From positions 1 to 40,353 of the forward strand of contig JBDSVW010000213.1 of NCBI GenBank assembly GCA_039927015.1: DNA of 40,353 nt. The letters run 5' to 3'. The position numbers and the translations under genes were made by a program. The notes under the pieces were generated by a model. It was not told the origin of the DNA. It saw nothing but the letters and a program-made list of their open reading frames with translations, and did not search any database. This document shows, piece after piece, positions 19,992 through 30,934 of this stretch. The DNA comes from Gemmatimonadaceae bacterium (GTDB lineage Bacteria > Gemmatimonadota > Gemmatimonadetes > Gemmatimonadales > Gemmatimonadaceae). Positions within the stretch are counted from its first letter, which is position 1. The number at the start of each line of letters is the position of its first letter.

Positions 19992-20073
19992 CCCGCACAG
20001 CGCCCGCACAGCGCCCGCACAGCGCCCGCTCGGCCGCCCGCTCGGTCGCCCGCTCGGTCGCCCGCTCGAAGCG
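19992..20073. repeat. Composite tandem array: 3 x 11-nt CCCGCACAGCG followed by 3.5 x 12-nt CCCGCTCGG(C/T)CG
   Basis: Read directly from the sequence: cccgcacagcg x3 (19992-20024), then cccgctcggccg, cccgctcggtcg, cccgctcggtcg, cccgctcgaagcg (20025-20073). Intergenic, starting 10 nt after the trpG stop and ending ~160 nt upstream of kdsB. Confidence 0.9.
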
Positions 20074-20162
20074 CCTGAAGGCCGCGAAGTGGCGGTGGAG
20101 GGGAGTGCAAGGCGCCGCGACTCGGCGCGTCGCCCGGCAGGTGGCGAACGCGTCAATTCGCT

Positions 20163-20191
20163 TTGAAAAGCGTCATCGCGCGCTGTAACTT
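20163..20191 (+). promoter_or_regulatory. Weak candidate sigma-70 promoter upstream of kdsB (TTGAAA-N17-TAACTT)
   Basis: TTGAAA at 20163-20168, a 17-nt spacer, TAACTT at 20186-20191, ~40 nt upstream of the kdsB ATG. The -10 element matches the consensus at only 3 of 6 positions. Confidence 0.25.
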
Positions 20192-20233
20192 GGGTGGCGT
20201 GCCTTTTCTCAACTCGGCCGCCTCTGCGCCCTC

Positions 20234-23494
<3,261 letters not shown>

Positions 23495-23498
<4 letters not shown>

Positions 23499-24106
23499 TC
23501 GGCTTCGGCGCGGGGCGGGAACAGCCGCTGGCGGTCCCCGGCGGCACGAAGCTCGAACCCGAGCTTGCGGCGCGCGTGAAGTTCGTGGGGCTCGACGTGG
23601 ATGGTGTGCTGACCGATGGCGGGGTCTATCTCGGCGACGTGGCCGGGGAGCGCCACGAGTTCAAGCGGTATGACATCCAGGACGGGCTCGGGATCAAGAT
23701 GCTGCAGGCCGCCGGCATTGTGGTGGGCATCATCACAGGTCGGGTCTCGGAGAGCGTGGCGCTGCGCGCCGCCGAGCTGGGAGTGGATGAACTCGTGCAG
23801 GACAAGGACGCGCGGAAGATCCGGTCCCTGCGCGAGATTCTCACGCGACGCAACATCTCCTTCGCCGAGGCGGCGTTCGTGGGCGATGACATACCCGATC
23901 TCGGCGTGTTGCGAGAAGTCGGCCTGCCGGTGGTCGTCGCCAACTGCACGGACGAGGTGTTTCGCGTGGCGCGAATCAGGCTCTCGCGCGCCGGGGGCCA
24001 GGGCGCAGTGCGTGAGTTCGCCGAATTGCTCCTGCGGGCGCGCGGCGAGTGGGATGACTTGGTGGAGACGTACGTGGCGTCCCGCGATGCGGAGCCGTCG
24101 GCATGA
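23495..24106 (+). CDS. kdsC: Kdo-8-phosphate phosphatase (HAD superfamily)
   Basis: ATGA overlap with kdsA. HAD motif I LDVDGVLTDG and motif IV FVGDDIPD. It has a ~25 aa N-terminal leader before the HAD core. Confidence 0.85.
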
Positions 24107-25068
24107 CGCCCGAGGAAACGATCGCGCGTGGACAGCGCGTGCTCCGCATGGAGACCGAAGCGCTCGCGGAGGCGGAGCGCCGGCTGGGTGACGGCTTCGC
24201 GCGGTCGGTCTCGCTCATCGCGGGATCCAGCGGCAGGGTGATCGTGGCGGGCGTGGGAAAGTCCGGCCTCATCGCGCGCAAGATCGCGGCGACCCTCACG
24301 TCCACCGGCACACCCGCCACCTTCTTGCACCCGACGGAGAGTCTGCACGGCGACCTGGGCATGGTGAGCGACGACGACGTGGCCATCCTGCTCTCCAAGA
24401 GCGGGGAGAGCGACGAGCTGCTGGTGATGCTCTCCCATCTCAAGCGCTTCGGCGTGCGGACCATCGCGCTCACGGGCAACCGGGACTCCACGCTGGCGCG
24501 CGAGTGCGACGCTGTGCTGGACGGCTGGGTGCGGGAGGAGGCGTGTCCACACGACCTTGCCCCCACCACCAGCACCTCGGTGGCGCTCGCGTTAGGCGAT
24601 GCGCTGGCGGTCGTGATCCTGGAACAGAAGGGGTTCGGCCGGGAGGACTTCGCGCGCTTCCACCCGGGAGGCGCGCTGGGGCGCAGGCTGCTCCTGCGCG
24701 TGCGCGACCTGATGGAGTCGGAGCGCCTGCCGACGCTGCCGCCCACGGCCACCATGCGCGCCGTCATCGTCCTGCTGGCCGAACGCCGGGGCATCGTGAT
24801 GGCCGTGGACCAGCAGAAGCGGTTGCTCGGTATCGTGACCGCGGGCGATTTCACGCGGCTGCTGGAGCACGACGACCACGCCATCGACCTGGGACTCGAA
24901 GCGGCGATGAATCGCCATGCCAAGACGGCGCAGGCGGAGGAACTTGCCAGCGCCGTGGTGTACCGCATGGAACAGTTCGGCATCATGGCGATGCCCGTCA
25001 CCACTGACACCGGAACCGTTGTGGGCGTTGTGCATCTCCATGACCTGATGCGCGCGGGGGTTGCATGA
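24103..25068 (+). CDS. kdsD: Arabinose-5-phosphate isomerase (SIS domain plus tandem CBS domains)
   Basis: GRVIVAGVGKSGLIARKIAATLTSTGTPATFLHP and SKSGES (SIS domain). C-terminal CBS pair ending VGVVHLHDLMRAG. ATGA overlap with kdsC. Confidence 0.9.
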   Translation: MTPEETIARGQRVLRMETEALAEAERRLGDGFARSVSLIAGSSGRVIVAGVGKSGLIARKIAATLTSTGTPATFLHPTESLHGDLGMVSDDDVAILLSKSGESDELLVMLSHLKRFGVRTIALTGNRDSTLARECDAVLDGWVREEACPHDLAPTTSTSVALALGDALAVVILEQKGFGREDFARFHPGGALGRRLLLRVRDLMESERLPTLPPTATMRAVIVLLAERRGIVMAVDQQKRLLGIVTAGDFTRLLEHDDHAIDLGLEAAMNRHAKTAQAEELASAVVYRMEQFGIMAMPVTTDTGTVVGVVHLHDLMRAGVA

Positions 25069-25616
25069 TGCGCCGACTCGGCATGCTGCTCCCGCTTTCG
25101 GCGTTGCTGGCCGCCTGCCAGCCGACGAGCGCTCCGCCGCTCGCGCAAGGCAGCGTGGTGCCCGATTCGGCCGACCAGGTGCTGTTCGGCGTGCAGTTCT
25201 TCCTCACCGATGGCGGCGTTAGGCGCGCGGATCTGGTGGCCGACACGGCCTTCATGTACGAGGACAACACGCGCACCGACCTGCGGGTCGTGCACACGAC
25301 CTTCTTCAAGACGGGGGGCGAGAAGGACGCCGTGCTTACCTCGAAGACCGGCACGTACAACGTGCGCCTTGGCAACATGGAGGCGCGCGGGGACGTGGTG
25401 GTCGTGTCCACCGACGGACGTCGCCTGACGACGCCGCACCTGCGCTACGACCCGGCCCGAAACGAGATCGCGAGCGACTCGGTCTTCTTGATGGTGGAGC
25501 GCGGGGGACGCAGCACGGAGGGCATCGGCTTCATTGCCGATCCGGACCTGAACAACGTCCGCGTGCTCAAGGCCGCCAAGTCGCGCGGCAACCAGCTCAC
25601 GATCCCGAAGACGTGA
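25065..25616 (+). CDS. lptC: LptC-like LPS export protein, predicted lipoprotein
   Basis: Canonical position between kdsD and lptA. ~180 aa beta-rich protein. The N-terminus MMRRLGMLLPLSALLAAC has a lipobox (L-A-A-C), not the usual uncleaved TM anchor. Confidence 0.7.
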   Translation: MMRRLGMLLPLSALLAACQPTSAPPLAQGSVVPDSADQVLFGVQFFLTDGGVRRADLVADTAFMYEDNTRTDLRVVHTTFFKTGGEKDAVLTSKTGTYNVRLGNMEARGDVVVVSTDGRRLTTPHLRYDPARNEIASDSVFLMVERGGRSTEGIGFIADPDLNNVRVLKAAKSRGNQLTIPKT

Positions 25617-27145
25617 TGCGCCGGGGGCTCGTCTTCGTCGTGCTCGCGCTCGTCGCGCTGTCCGGATGCTCGCGGCCGGGGCGTCGTCCCGCACAGCCAT
25701 CCGTGGTCGTCGGGCCCGCCCTCCCGGGCGACTCGATCGTGGTCCCCATGCCCGACAGCATGGCGATCACGATTCCCATCATCCCGCAAGACACCTCGTG
25801 GCGCCCGCCCGTCGCGCCGAAGACACCCGACAATCCCGCCGAGCGCTGCATCCTCGACGTGGACGGCGATCGCTCGCAGTTCATCAAGGACCCCATCTCG
25901 GGACGCTACACCTCGTACATGGGAGGCGGCGTCATCGGCCGTTGCCGGGCGCAGGATATGACGATCATCGCCGACTCGGCCGAGTTCTACGACCAGAACC
26001 AGCTCTACTTCCTCATCGGCAACGTGAAGTACCGAGAGAAGCGCGTCTCCATGGACGCCGATCGCGTGACTTACTTCCGCGCCGAGGAAAAGCTGCTGGC
26101 GGAAGGCAACGTGGTGGCCGTGATGGAGGATTCCTCCACGATGGTGGGCCCGCGCGCGGAGTACTATCGCGCCGTGCGCGGCATTCGCATCCGGCCGCGC
26201 ATCGTGGCCACCATGCGCCCGACGCTCACGCTCTACGAGAAGGACTCCCTGGGTCGCAAGGGCAAGGACCCCGTGGTCCTGATCGCCGACAACATCAATG
26301 GGGAGGGGGACTCGCTGTTCGTGGCCTGGGGCAAGGTGGAACTCGACCGCACCGACCTGCGGGCGCGCGGCGACTCCGCGGTGCTGGACAACGTGACGCA
26401 GTTCTCACGGCTCATGAAGGCGCCCTACATCGAGAGCAAGGGCACGGACTCCTTCACGCTCCGCGGCCGGGTGATCGACCTGTTCGGGCAGTCCCGCCAG
26501 GTGGAACGCGTGCTGGCGATGGATTCAGCGGTGGCGGTCAACAAGGAGCTCACGCTGGCCTCGGACACCATCGACCTGCGCGTGAAGGAGAACAAGCTGC
26601 AACGGGCGTTCGCATTCGGGCCGGGCGCCGCGTCGGCCATCTCGAGCGAGCGCACGATCCTGGCCGATTCGCTCGATGTCGTGATGCCCGACCAGCAGAT
26701 TCGGGAGATGCGCGCCGTGCGCAACGCGTACGCCGAAACGTCGCCCGACAGCACCAAGATCCGGTCCATCGAGCGCGACTGGCTGCGGGGCGATACCATC
26801 GTCGCGCGCTTCGACTCCGCGGCCGCCGGTGACACGTCCTCGCGGCCGGTCATCCGCGCACTGGTCTCCTCGGGCTCGGCAAGCTCGTATTATCAGGTGC
26901 CCGGAAACTCCGGTATCGACAAGCCGGGCATCAACTACGTGCGGGGGCGGCAGATTGTCGTGGACTTCAAGGAACAGGCAGTGCAAACTGTGACCGTGCT
27001 CGACCAGGCTTCGGGCCTCTTCCTGGAGGCCAAGCCCGATTCGCTAACCGAGAAGAAGCCGCCCCCGCCGCGACGGCCGCCACGGGCAGGGCAACAGCCG
27101 CCGCGACGGGTGCCTAACGGCGCTAGCGGCCTCCGGCGCCCATGA
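25613..27145 (+). CDS. lptA: Extended OstA/LptA-family periplasmic LPS-transport protein (510 aa), predicted lipoprotein with a Pro/Arg-rich tail
   Basis: Positioned between lptC and lptB. The signal peptide has a lipobox, LVALSGC. It has several OstA-like stretches, for example ADSAEFYDQNQLYFLIGNVKYREKRVSMDADRVTYF..LLAEGNV, RARGDSAVLD, LASDTIDLRV and LADSLDVVM. The C-terminal tail is KKPPPPRRPPRAGQQPPRR. About 3 times the length of E. coli LptA. Confidence 0.7.
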   Translation: MMRRGLVFVVLALVALSGCSRPGRRPAQPSVVVGPALPGDSIVVPMPDSMAITIPIIPQDTSWRPPVAPKTPDNPAERCILDVDGDRSQFIKDPISGRYTSYMGGGVIGRCRAQDMTIIADSAEFYDQNQLYFLIGNVKYREKRVSMDADRVTYFRAEEKLLAEGNVVAVMEDSSTMVGPRAEYYRAVRGIRIRPRIVATMRPTLTLYEKDSLGRKGKDPVVLIADNINGEGDSLFVAWGKVELDRTDLRARGDSAVLDNVTQFSRLMKAPYIESKGTDSFTLRGRVIDLFGQSRQVERVLAMDSAVAVNKELTLASDTIDLRVKENKLQRAFAFGPGAASAISSERTILADSLDVVMPDQQIREMRAVRNAYAETSPDSTKIRSIERDWLRGDTIVARFDSAAAGDTSSRPVIRALVSSGSASSYYQVPGNSGIDKPGINYVRGRQIVVDFKEQAVQTVTVLDQASGLFLEAKPDSLTEKKPPPPRRPPRAGQQPPRRVPNGASGLRRP

Positions 27146-27181
27146 GCGAACACCCGGCGCCCATGAGCGAAGACCCGGCGA
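27134..27181. repeat. 21-bp tandem duplication (2.3 copies) spanning the lptA stop / lptB start junction
   Basis: ccggcgcccatgagcgaaCac | ccggcgcccatgagcgaaGac | ccggcg. Each full copy carries an ATGA, giving in-frame ATGs at 27142 and 27163 (MSEHPAP / MSEDPAT). Confidence 0.9.
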
Positions 27182-28398
27182 CGGAGCACGTGCGTGCGCT
27201 CATCGAGGCGCGCGCCGGCGGTGACCGATCGATCGCGTTTGGACTGCACTCCCTGGTGAAGGAGGCCGATGCCAACGGCGAGGCCGTCTTCAACGACGTC
27301 GCCATTCGCTTCCGCGACGACTGGCTGGCGGCGATTCGAGCCAACGGCGGGGACGCCGACCGCGAGGCCGGCCGCCTCTCGCTCGATGAGGTTCGGGCCT
27401 TCTTGCGGCGCTCCGTGTTTCCGCGCCTGGCGGGCATGGGGCTCATCGAAGCGCCGGAGCGCGGCGTAGAGGATGTGGGGGCGAGGTTGCGCATGACGCG
27501 CGACCTGTGGAGCGAGATTGCGCCGCGTCGCGTGGACGTGGCGGAATCGTTGCGGCTCACCGGCGAGCACGCCACCGCGATGGCGCATCCGCATGCCGTT
27601 GCCCGACGGTCGGGAGAGCACCGGGCTGAACCGGCCGGCAGCGTGCTCGAGGCCCGTGGACTGGTGAAGATCTATCGGAAGCGGCGGGTGGTGAACCAGG
27701 TCGACGTGAAGTTGCAGCAGGGCGAGATTGTCGGCCTGCTGGGCCCGAACGGCGCGGGAAAGACCACCACCTTCTACATGATTGTCGGTATCATCCCTCC
27801 ACAGTCGGGGAGCATCCATCTCGACGCGCAGGACATCACGCGAATGCCGATGTACAAGCGCGCCCGGCGGGGCATCGGCTACCTTTCGCAGGAACCGTCG
27901 ATCTTCAGGAAGCTGTCGGTGGAGGACAATATCCTCGCCATCCTGGAGACGTTGCCAATCAGCAGGGAAGAGCGTCGAACTCGGTTGGAAGGATTGCTCG
28001 ATGAGTTAAGCATCAAGCATTTGCGGCACAGCAAGGCGTACGCGCTCTCGGGCGGGGAGCGCCGGCGACTGGAAATCACACGGGCGCTTGTGTCGCAGCC
28101 TAAGTTCATGATGCTGGACGAACCGTTCGCCGGCGTCGATCCGATCGCCGTTCACGACATCCAGACGATTGTTGCCGGGCTGCGCCATCGCGGCATCGGA
28201 GTGCTCATCAGCGACCACAACGTGGAACAGACGCTCGACATCGTGGACCGTGCCTACATCATGTTCGACGGGCAGGTCAAAGTCTCCGGCACTGTGCGGG
28301 AACTCGTCTATGACGACGAGGTTTCGCGCATCTACCTCGGACCGACCCTGACGGCACGGCTGCGGGCGCGCTTTTCCGCCGAGGAGAACGCGTCATGA
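27142..28398 (+). CDS. lptB: LPS export ABC transporter ATPase LptB with a ~150-170 aa N-terminal extension of unknown function
   Basis: The C-terminal ~245 aa are canonical: LEARGLVKIY, Walker A GPNGAGKTTTF, Q-loop YLSQE, signature LSGGERRRLEITRAL, Walker B MMLDEPFAGVDP, H-loop SDHN. The upstream 438-500 nt are in the same frame, have no stop, and show strong G/C third-position bias. An alternative internal start at ATG 27580 is possible. Confidence 0.85.
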   Translation: MSEHPAPMSEDPATEHVRALIEARAGGDRSIAFGLHSLVKEADANGEAVFNDVAIRFRDDWLAAIRANGGDADREAGRLSLDEVRAFLRRSVFPRLAGMGLIEAPERGVEDVGARLRMTRDLWSEIAPRRVDVAESLRLTGEHATAMAHPHAVARRSGEHRAEPAGSVLEARGLVKIYRKRRVVNQVDVKLQQGEIVGLLGPNGAGKTTTFYMIVGIIPPQSGSIHLDAQDITRMPMYKRARRGIGYLSQEPSIFRKLSVEDNILAILETLPISREERRTRLEGLLDELSIKHLRHSKAYALSGGERRRLEITRALVSQPKFMMLDEPFAGVDPIAVHDIQTIVAGLRHRGIGVLISDHNVEQTLDIVDRAYIMFDGQVKVSGTVRELVYDDEVSRIYLGPTLTARLRARFSAEENAS

Positions 28399-29891
28399 GA
28401 ACGGGGCTCAGCCAGAGCACCTCGCTCCGGCAGGAGCTGAAGATCAATCCACGCCTCTACCAGGCGATGGACCTGCTCTACATGCCATTGCTCGACCTGC
28501 AGCAGCACCTCAAGCAGGAACTGCTGGTCAATCCCTTCCTCGAGATGATCGATCCGGATGAGGAAGACTCGGAGGAGGAGGAGGAGCGCGAGGGGGAGGA
28601 GGGCCCGGTCGACCTGGCGGAGCCCGAGATGGCGCCGCAGGAGGAGCGGGAGTCCGCCGCCAACGAAACCATCGACTGGGAGGAGATCCTCCTCGATGGC
28701 TTCGAGACCAACGGCGTGCGTGAGGAACACGAGGAACGCGAGTACTACGAGCCGGTCTCGGTGGACCGCCGAGATCTCAGCGACCACCTGCGCGACCAGA
28801 TCTCCCTGCTTGAGCTCACGCCCCGCCAGCTGCTGCTCGCCGACGAGTTCGCGGGCAACATCAACGAGGACGGGTATCTCACCTGCGCCACGGGTGAGAT
28901 CATCGAGAGCATCAACGAGGTCGTCGCCCGCGCCGCGGAGCGCGAGGGCTTCGAGGGCGCGCTGCCGCTCTACACCGCGGCGGATGCCGATGAGATGCTG
29001 CAGATCATCCAGACCCTTGACCCGTCCGGCGTCGGCGCGCGCGACCTGCGCGAGTGCCTCCTGTTGCAGCTGAGGGACCTCAAGCACGAAGAGACGCTCG
29101 AGCATCGTCTCGTCCGCGACGCCTTCGATGAGCTCATCGCGCACCGCTGGAGCGAGATCTCCAAGAAATTCGGCATCAGTGCGCAGGATGTGCAGGGCGC
29201 CGCCGATGCCGTAGCCAAGCTGGACCCCAAGCCCGGATTGCGGTACAGCAATGCCAGCGACGGCTACATCGTGCCCGACCTGGTGGTCGAGAAGATCGAC
29301 GGCGAGTATCGCGTCTTTGTGAACGACGGCAACCTGCCGCGCCTCAAGCTGAGCAAGGCGTATCAGGACATTGCGCGTGACAAGAAGAAGTTCAACGGGG
29401 AGAACAAGGAGTTCATCTCCTCCAAGCTGAACTCGGCGAACTGGATGATCCAGGCCATCGAGCAGCGGCGGCAGACGATGCTCAAGGTCATGCACTACAT
29501 CGTCGACCGGCAGCGCGATTTCTTCGAGAAGGGCGTGCAGTACCTCAAGCCGCTCACGCTGCGCGAAGTGGCGGAGGTCATCTCGATGCATGAGAGCACC
29601 GTCAGCCGCGTGACGAACGAAAAGTTCGTGCAGACGCCGCGCGGCGTGCTGCCGCTCAAGTACTTCTTCTCCTCCGGGCTCAGCACCACCGGCGGCGAAG
29701 ACGTGTCCGCGCGCGGCATCAAGGACCAGATCGAGAAGCTCGTCACGAACGAAGATCCGAAGAACCCGCTCACGGACCAGGCGATCGTGAACATCCTCCG
29801 CGACGGCGGGGTCAACATCGCGCGCCGCACGGTGGCGAAGTACCGCGACCAGCTCGGCGTGCTCTCCGCGCGTATGCGCAAGCGCATCTAG
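28395..29891 (+). CDS. rpoN: RNA polymerase sigma-54 factor
   Basis: Region I LRQELKINPRLYQAMDLLYMPLLDLQQHLKQELLVNPFLE. Acidic region II DEEDSEEEEEREGEEG. C-terminal HTH and RpoN box ARRTVAKYR. ATGA overlap with lptB. Confidence 0.95.
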   Translation: MRTGLSQSTSLRQELKINPRLYQAMDLLYMPLLDLQQHLKQELLVNPFLEMIDPDEEDSEEEEEREGEEGPVDLAEPEMAPQEERESAANETIDWEEILLDGFETNGVREEHEEREYYEPVSVDRRDLSDHLRDQISLLELTPRQLLLADEFAGNINEDGYLTCATGEIIESINEVVARAAEREGFEGALPLYTAADADEMLQIIQTLDPSGVGARDLRECLLLQLRDLKHEETLEHRLVRDAFDELIAHRWSEISKKFGISAQDVQGAADAVAKLDPKPGLRYSNASDGYIVPDLVVEKIDGEYRVFVNDGNLPRLKLSKAYQDIARDKKKFNGENKEFISSKLNSANWMIQAIEQRRQTMLKVMHYIVDRQRDFFEKGVQYLKPLTLREVAEVISMHESTVSRVTNEKFVQTPRGVLPLKYFFSSGLSTTGGEDVSARGIKDQIEKLVTNEDPKNPLTDQAIVNILRDGGVNIARRTVAKYRDQLGVLSARMRKRI

Positions 29892-29925
29892 TGGACGCGC
29901 TGCACCGGAGTCTCCGCCCCTCCTC

Positions 29926-30924
29926 ATGAGTGCCGTCCCAGAGCGCGCGACCCGTCACGAGTCCCGCGCCTCCGTGGCCGATCGGACCTCCATTCGCGTG
30001 TCAGTGCTCGTGCCCGCGAAGGATGAAGCCGAGAACCTGCCCCTGTTCATGGAGCAGGCGGCGGAGGCGTTCCGTGACAGCCGAATCGGGTACGAAGTGA
30101 TCGTGGTCGACGACGGATCGGTCGATGACTCCTGGCAGGTGCTGGAGGCGCTCAAGCCGCAGTATCCCTTCCTTCGCACCGTGCGCCATCGCGCCCGCCG
30201 GGGCATCGCCGACGCGCTGCGCAGCGGCTATCTCGAGGCGCGCGGTGAGATCCTGGTCTTCTATCCCGCGGACCTGCAGTTCAAGCCCGCGGACATCCCG
30301 CGTCTCGTTGCCCCCATTGTCGATGACAGTGCCGACATGGTCACGGGATTCAAGGAAGGGAAGTACGAGAAGGCGTTCGTCTCCAGCATCTACAACAAGC
30401 TGAGTCGCTCGCTCTTTCAGGTGCCGGTGCGGGATCTCAACAGCGTCAAGGCGTACCGGCGCGAGATCATGGAAATCCTGCCGACGCGTCCGGACTGGCA
30501 TCGCTACATGATCGTGATCGCCGCCGCGCATGGCTTCACGGTGACCGAGATCCCGGTCCCGCTGTATCCGCGCAACGCCGGCCGCTCCAAGTTCGGCATC
30601 GGACGCATTCCGGTGGGCGTGCTGGACATGCTCTCGGTCTGGTTCGAGCTGCGCTTCGCACAGAAGCCGCTGCTGCTGTTCGGGATGATGGGCGTCGCGC
30701 TGTTCGGCGTGGGCGTCGCGGCCGGCCTGCTCGCCCTCGCCTGGCTCGCCGTGTCCGGCATCGGCTTGCGCTGGGTATGGACGCTCATCCAGACGTGCCT
30801 CATCCTCGGCTCCATTTTCTTCGCCACTGGCATCCTCGGGGAACAGGTCGCGGGACTGCGCGCGCAGCTGCGTGAACTTCGCCGCGTGACGGACGAGATA
30901 CGCGACGGTTCACGCGACGCCTGA
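29926..30924 (+). CDS. Family-2 glycosyltransferase with two C-terminal TM helices (GtrB/ArnC/CsbB-like polyprenyl-phosphate sugar synthase architecture)
   Basis: GT-A core VLVPAKDEAENL, DxD region VVDDGSVDDS, YPADLQF. C-terminal hydrophobic segments LLLFGMMGVALFGVGVAAGLLALAWLAV and TLIQTCLILGSIFFATGILG. Confidence 0.8.
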   Translation: MSAVPERATRHESRASVADRTSIRVSVLVPAKDEAENLPLFMEQAAEAFRDSRIGYEVIVVDDGSVDDSWQVLEALKPQYPFLRTVRHRARRGIADALRSGYLEARGEILVFYPADLQFKPADIPRLVAPIVDDSADMVTGFKEGKYEKAFVSSIYNKLSRSLFQVPVRDLNSVKAYRREIMEILPTRPDWHRYMIVIAAAHGFTVTEIPVPLYPRNAGRSKFGIGRIPVGVLDMLSVWFELRFAQKPLLLFGMMGVALFGVGVAAGLLALAWLAVSGIGLRWVWTLIQTCLILGSIFFATGILGEQVAGLRAQLRELRRVTDEIRDGSRDA

Positions 30925-30934
30925 CGCGCCCGCC

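Noticed and set aside
19992-20073. The tandem array considered as a CRISPR locus.
   Set aside because: The units are 11-13 nt and directly abutting, with no spacers. There is no leader, and no cas genes are present in the window.
18823-20166. 447-aa plus-strand ORF spanning xerD, trpG and the tandem array ([15 protein letters not shown]). Its minus-strand counterpart is 19896-20156 ([11 protein letters not shown]).
   Set aside because: It is out of frame with two well-supported genes. The repeat-encoded peptides are simply the 12-nt array read through.
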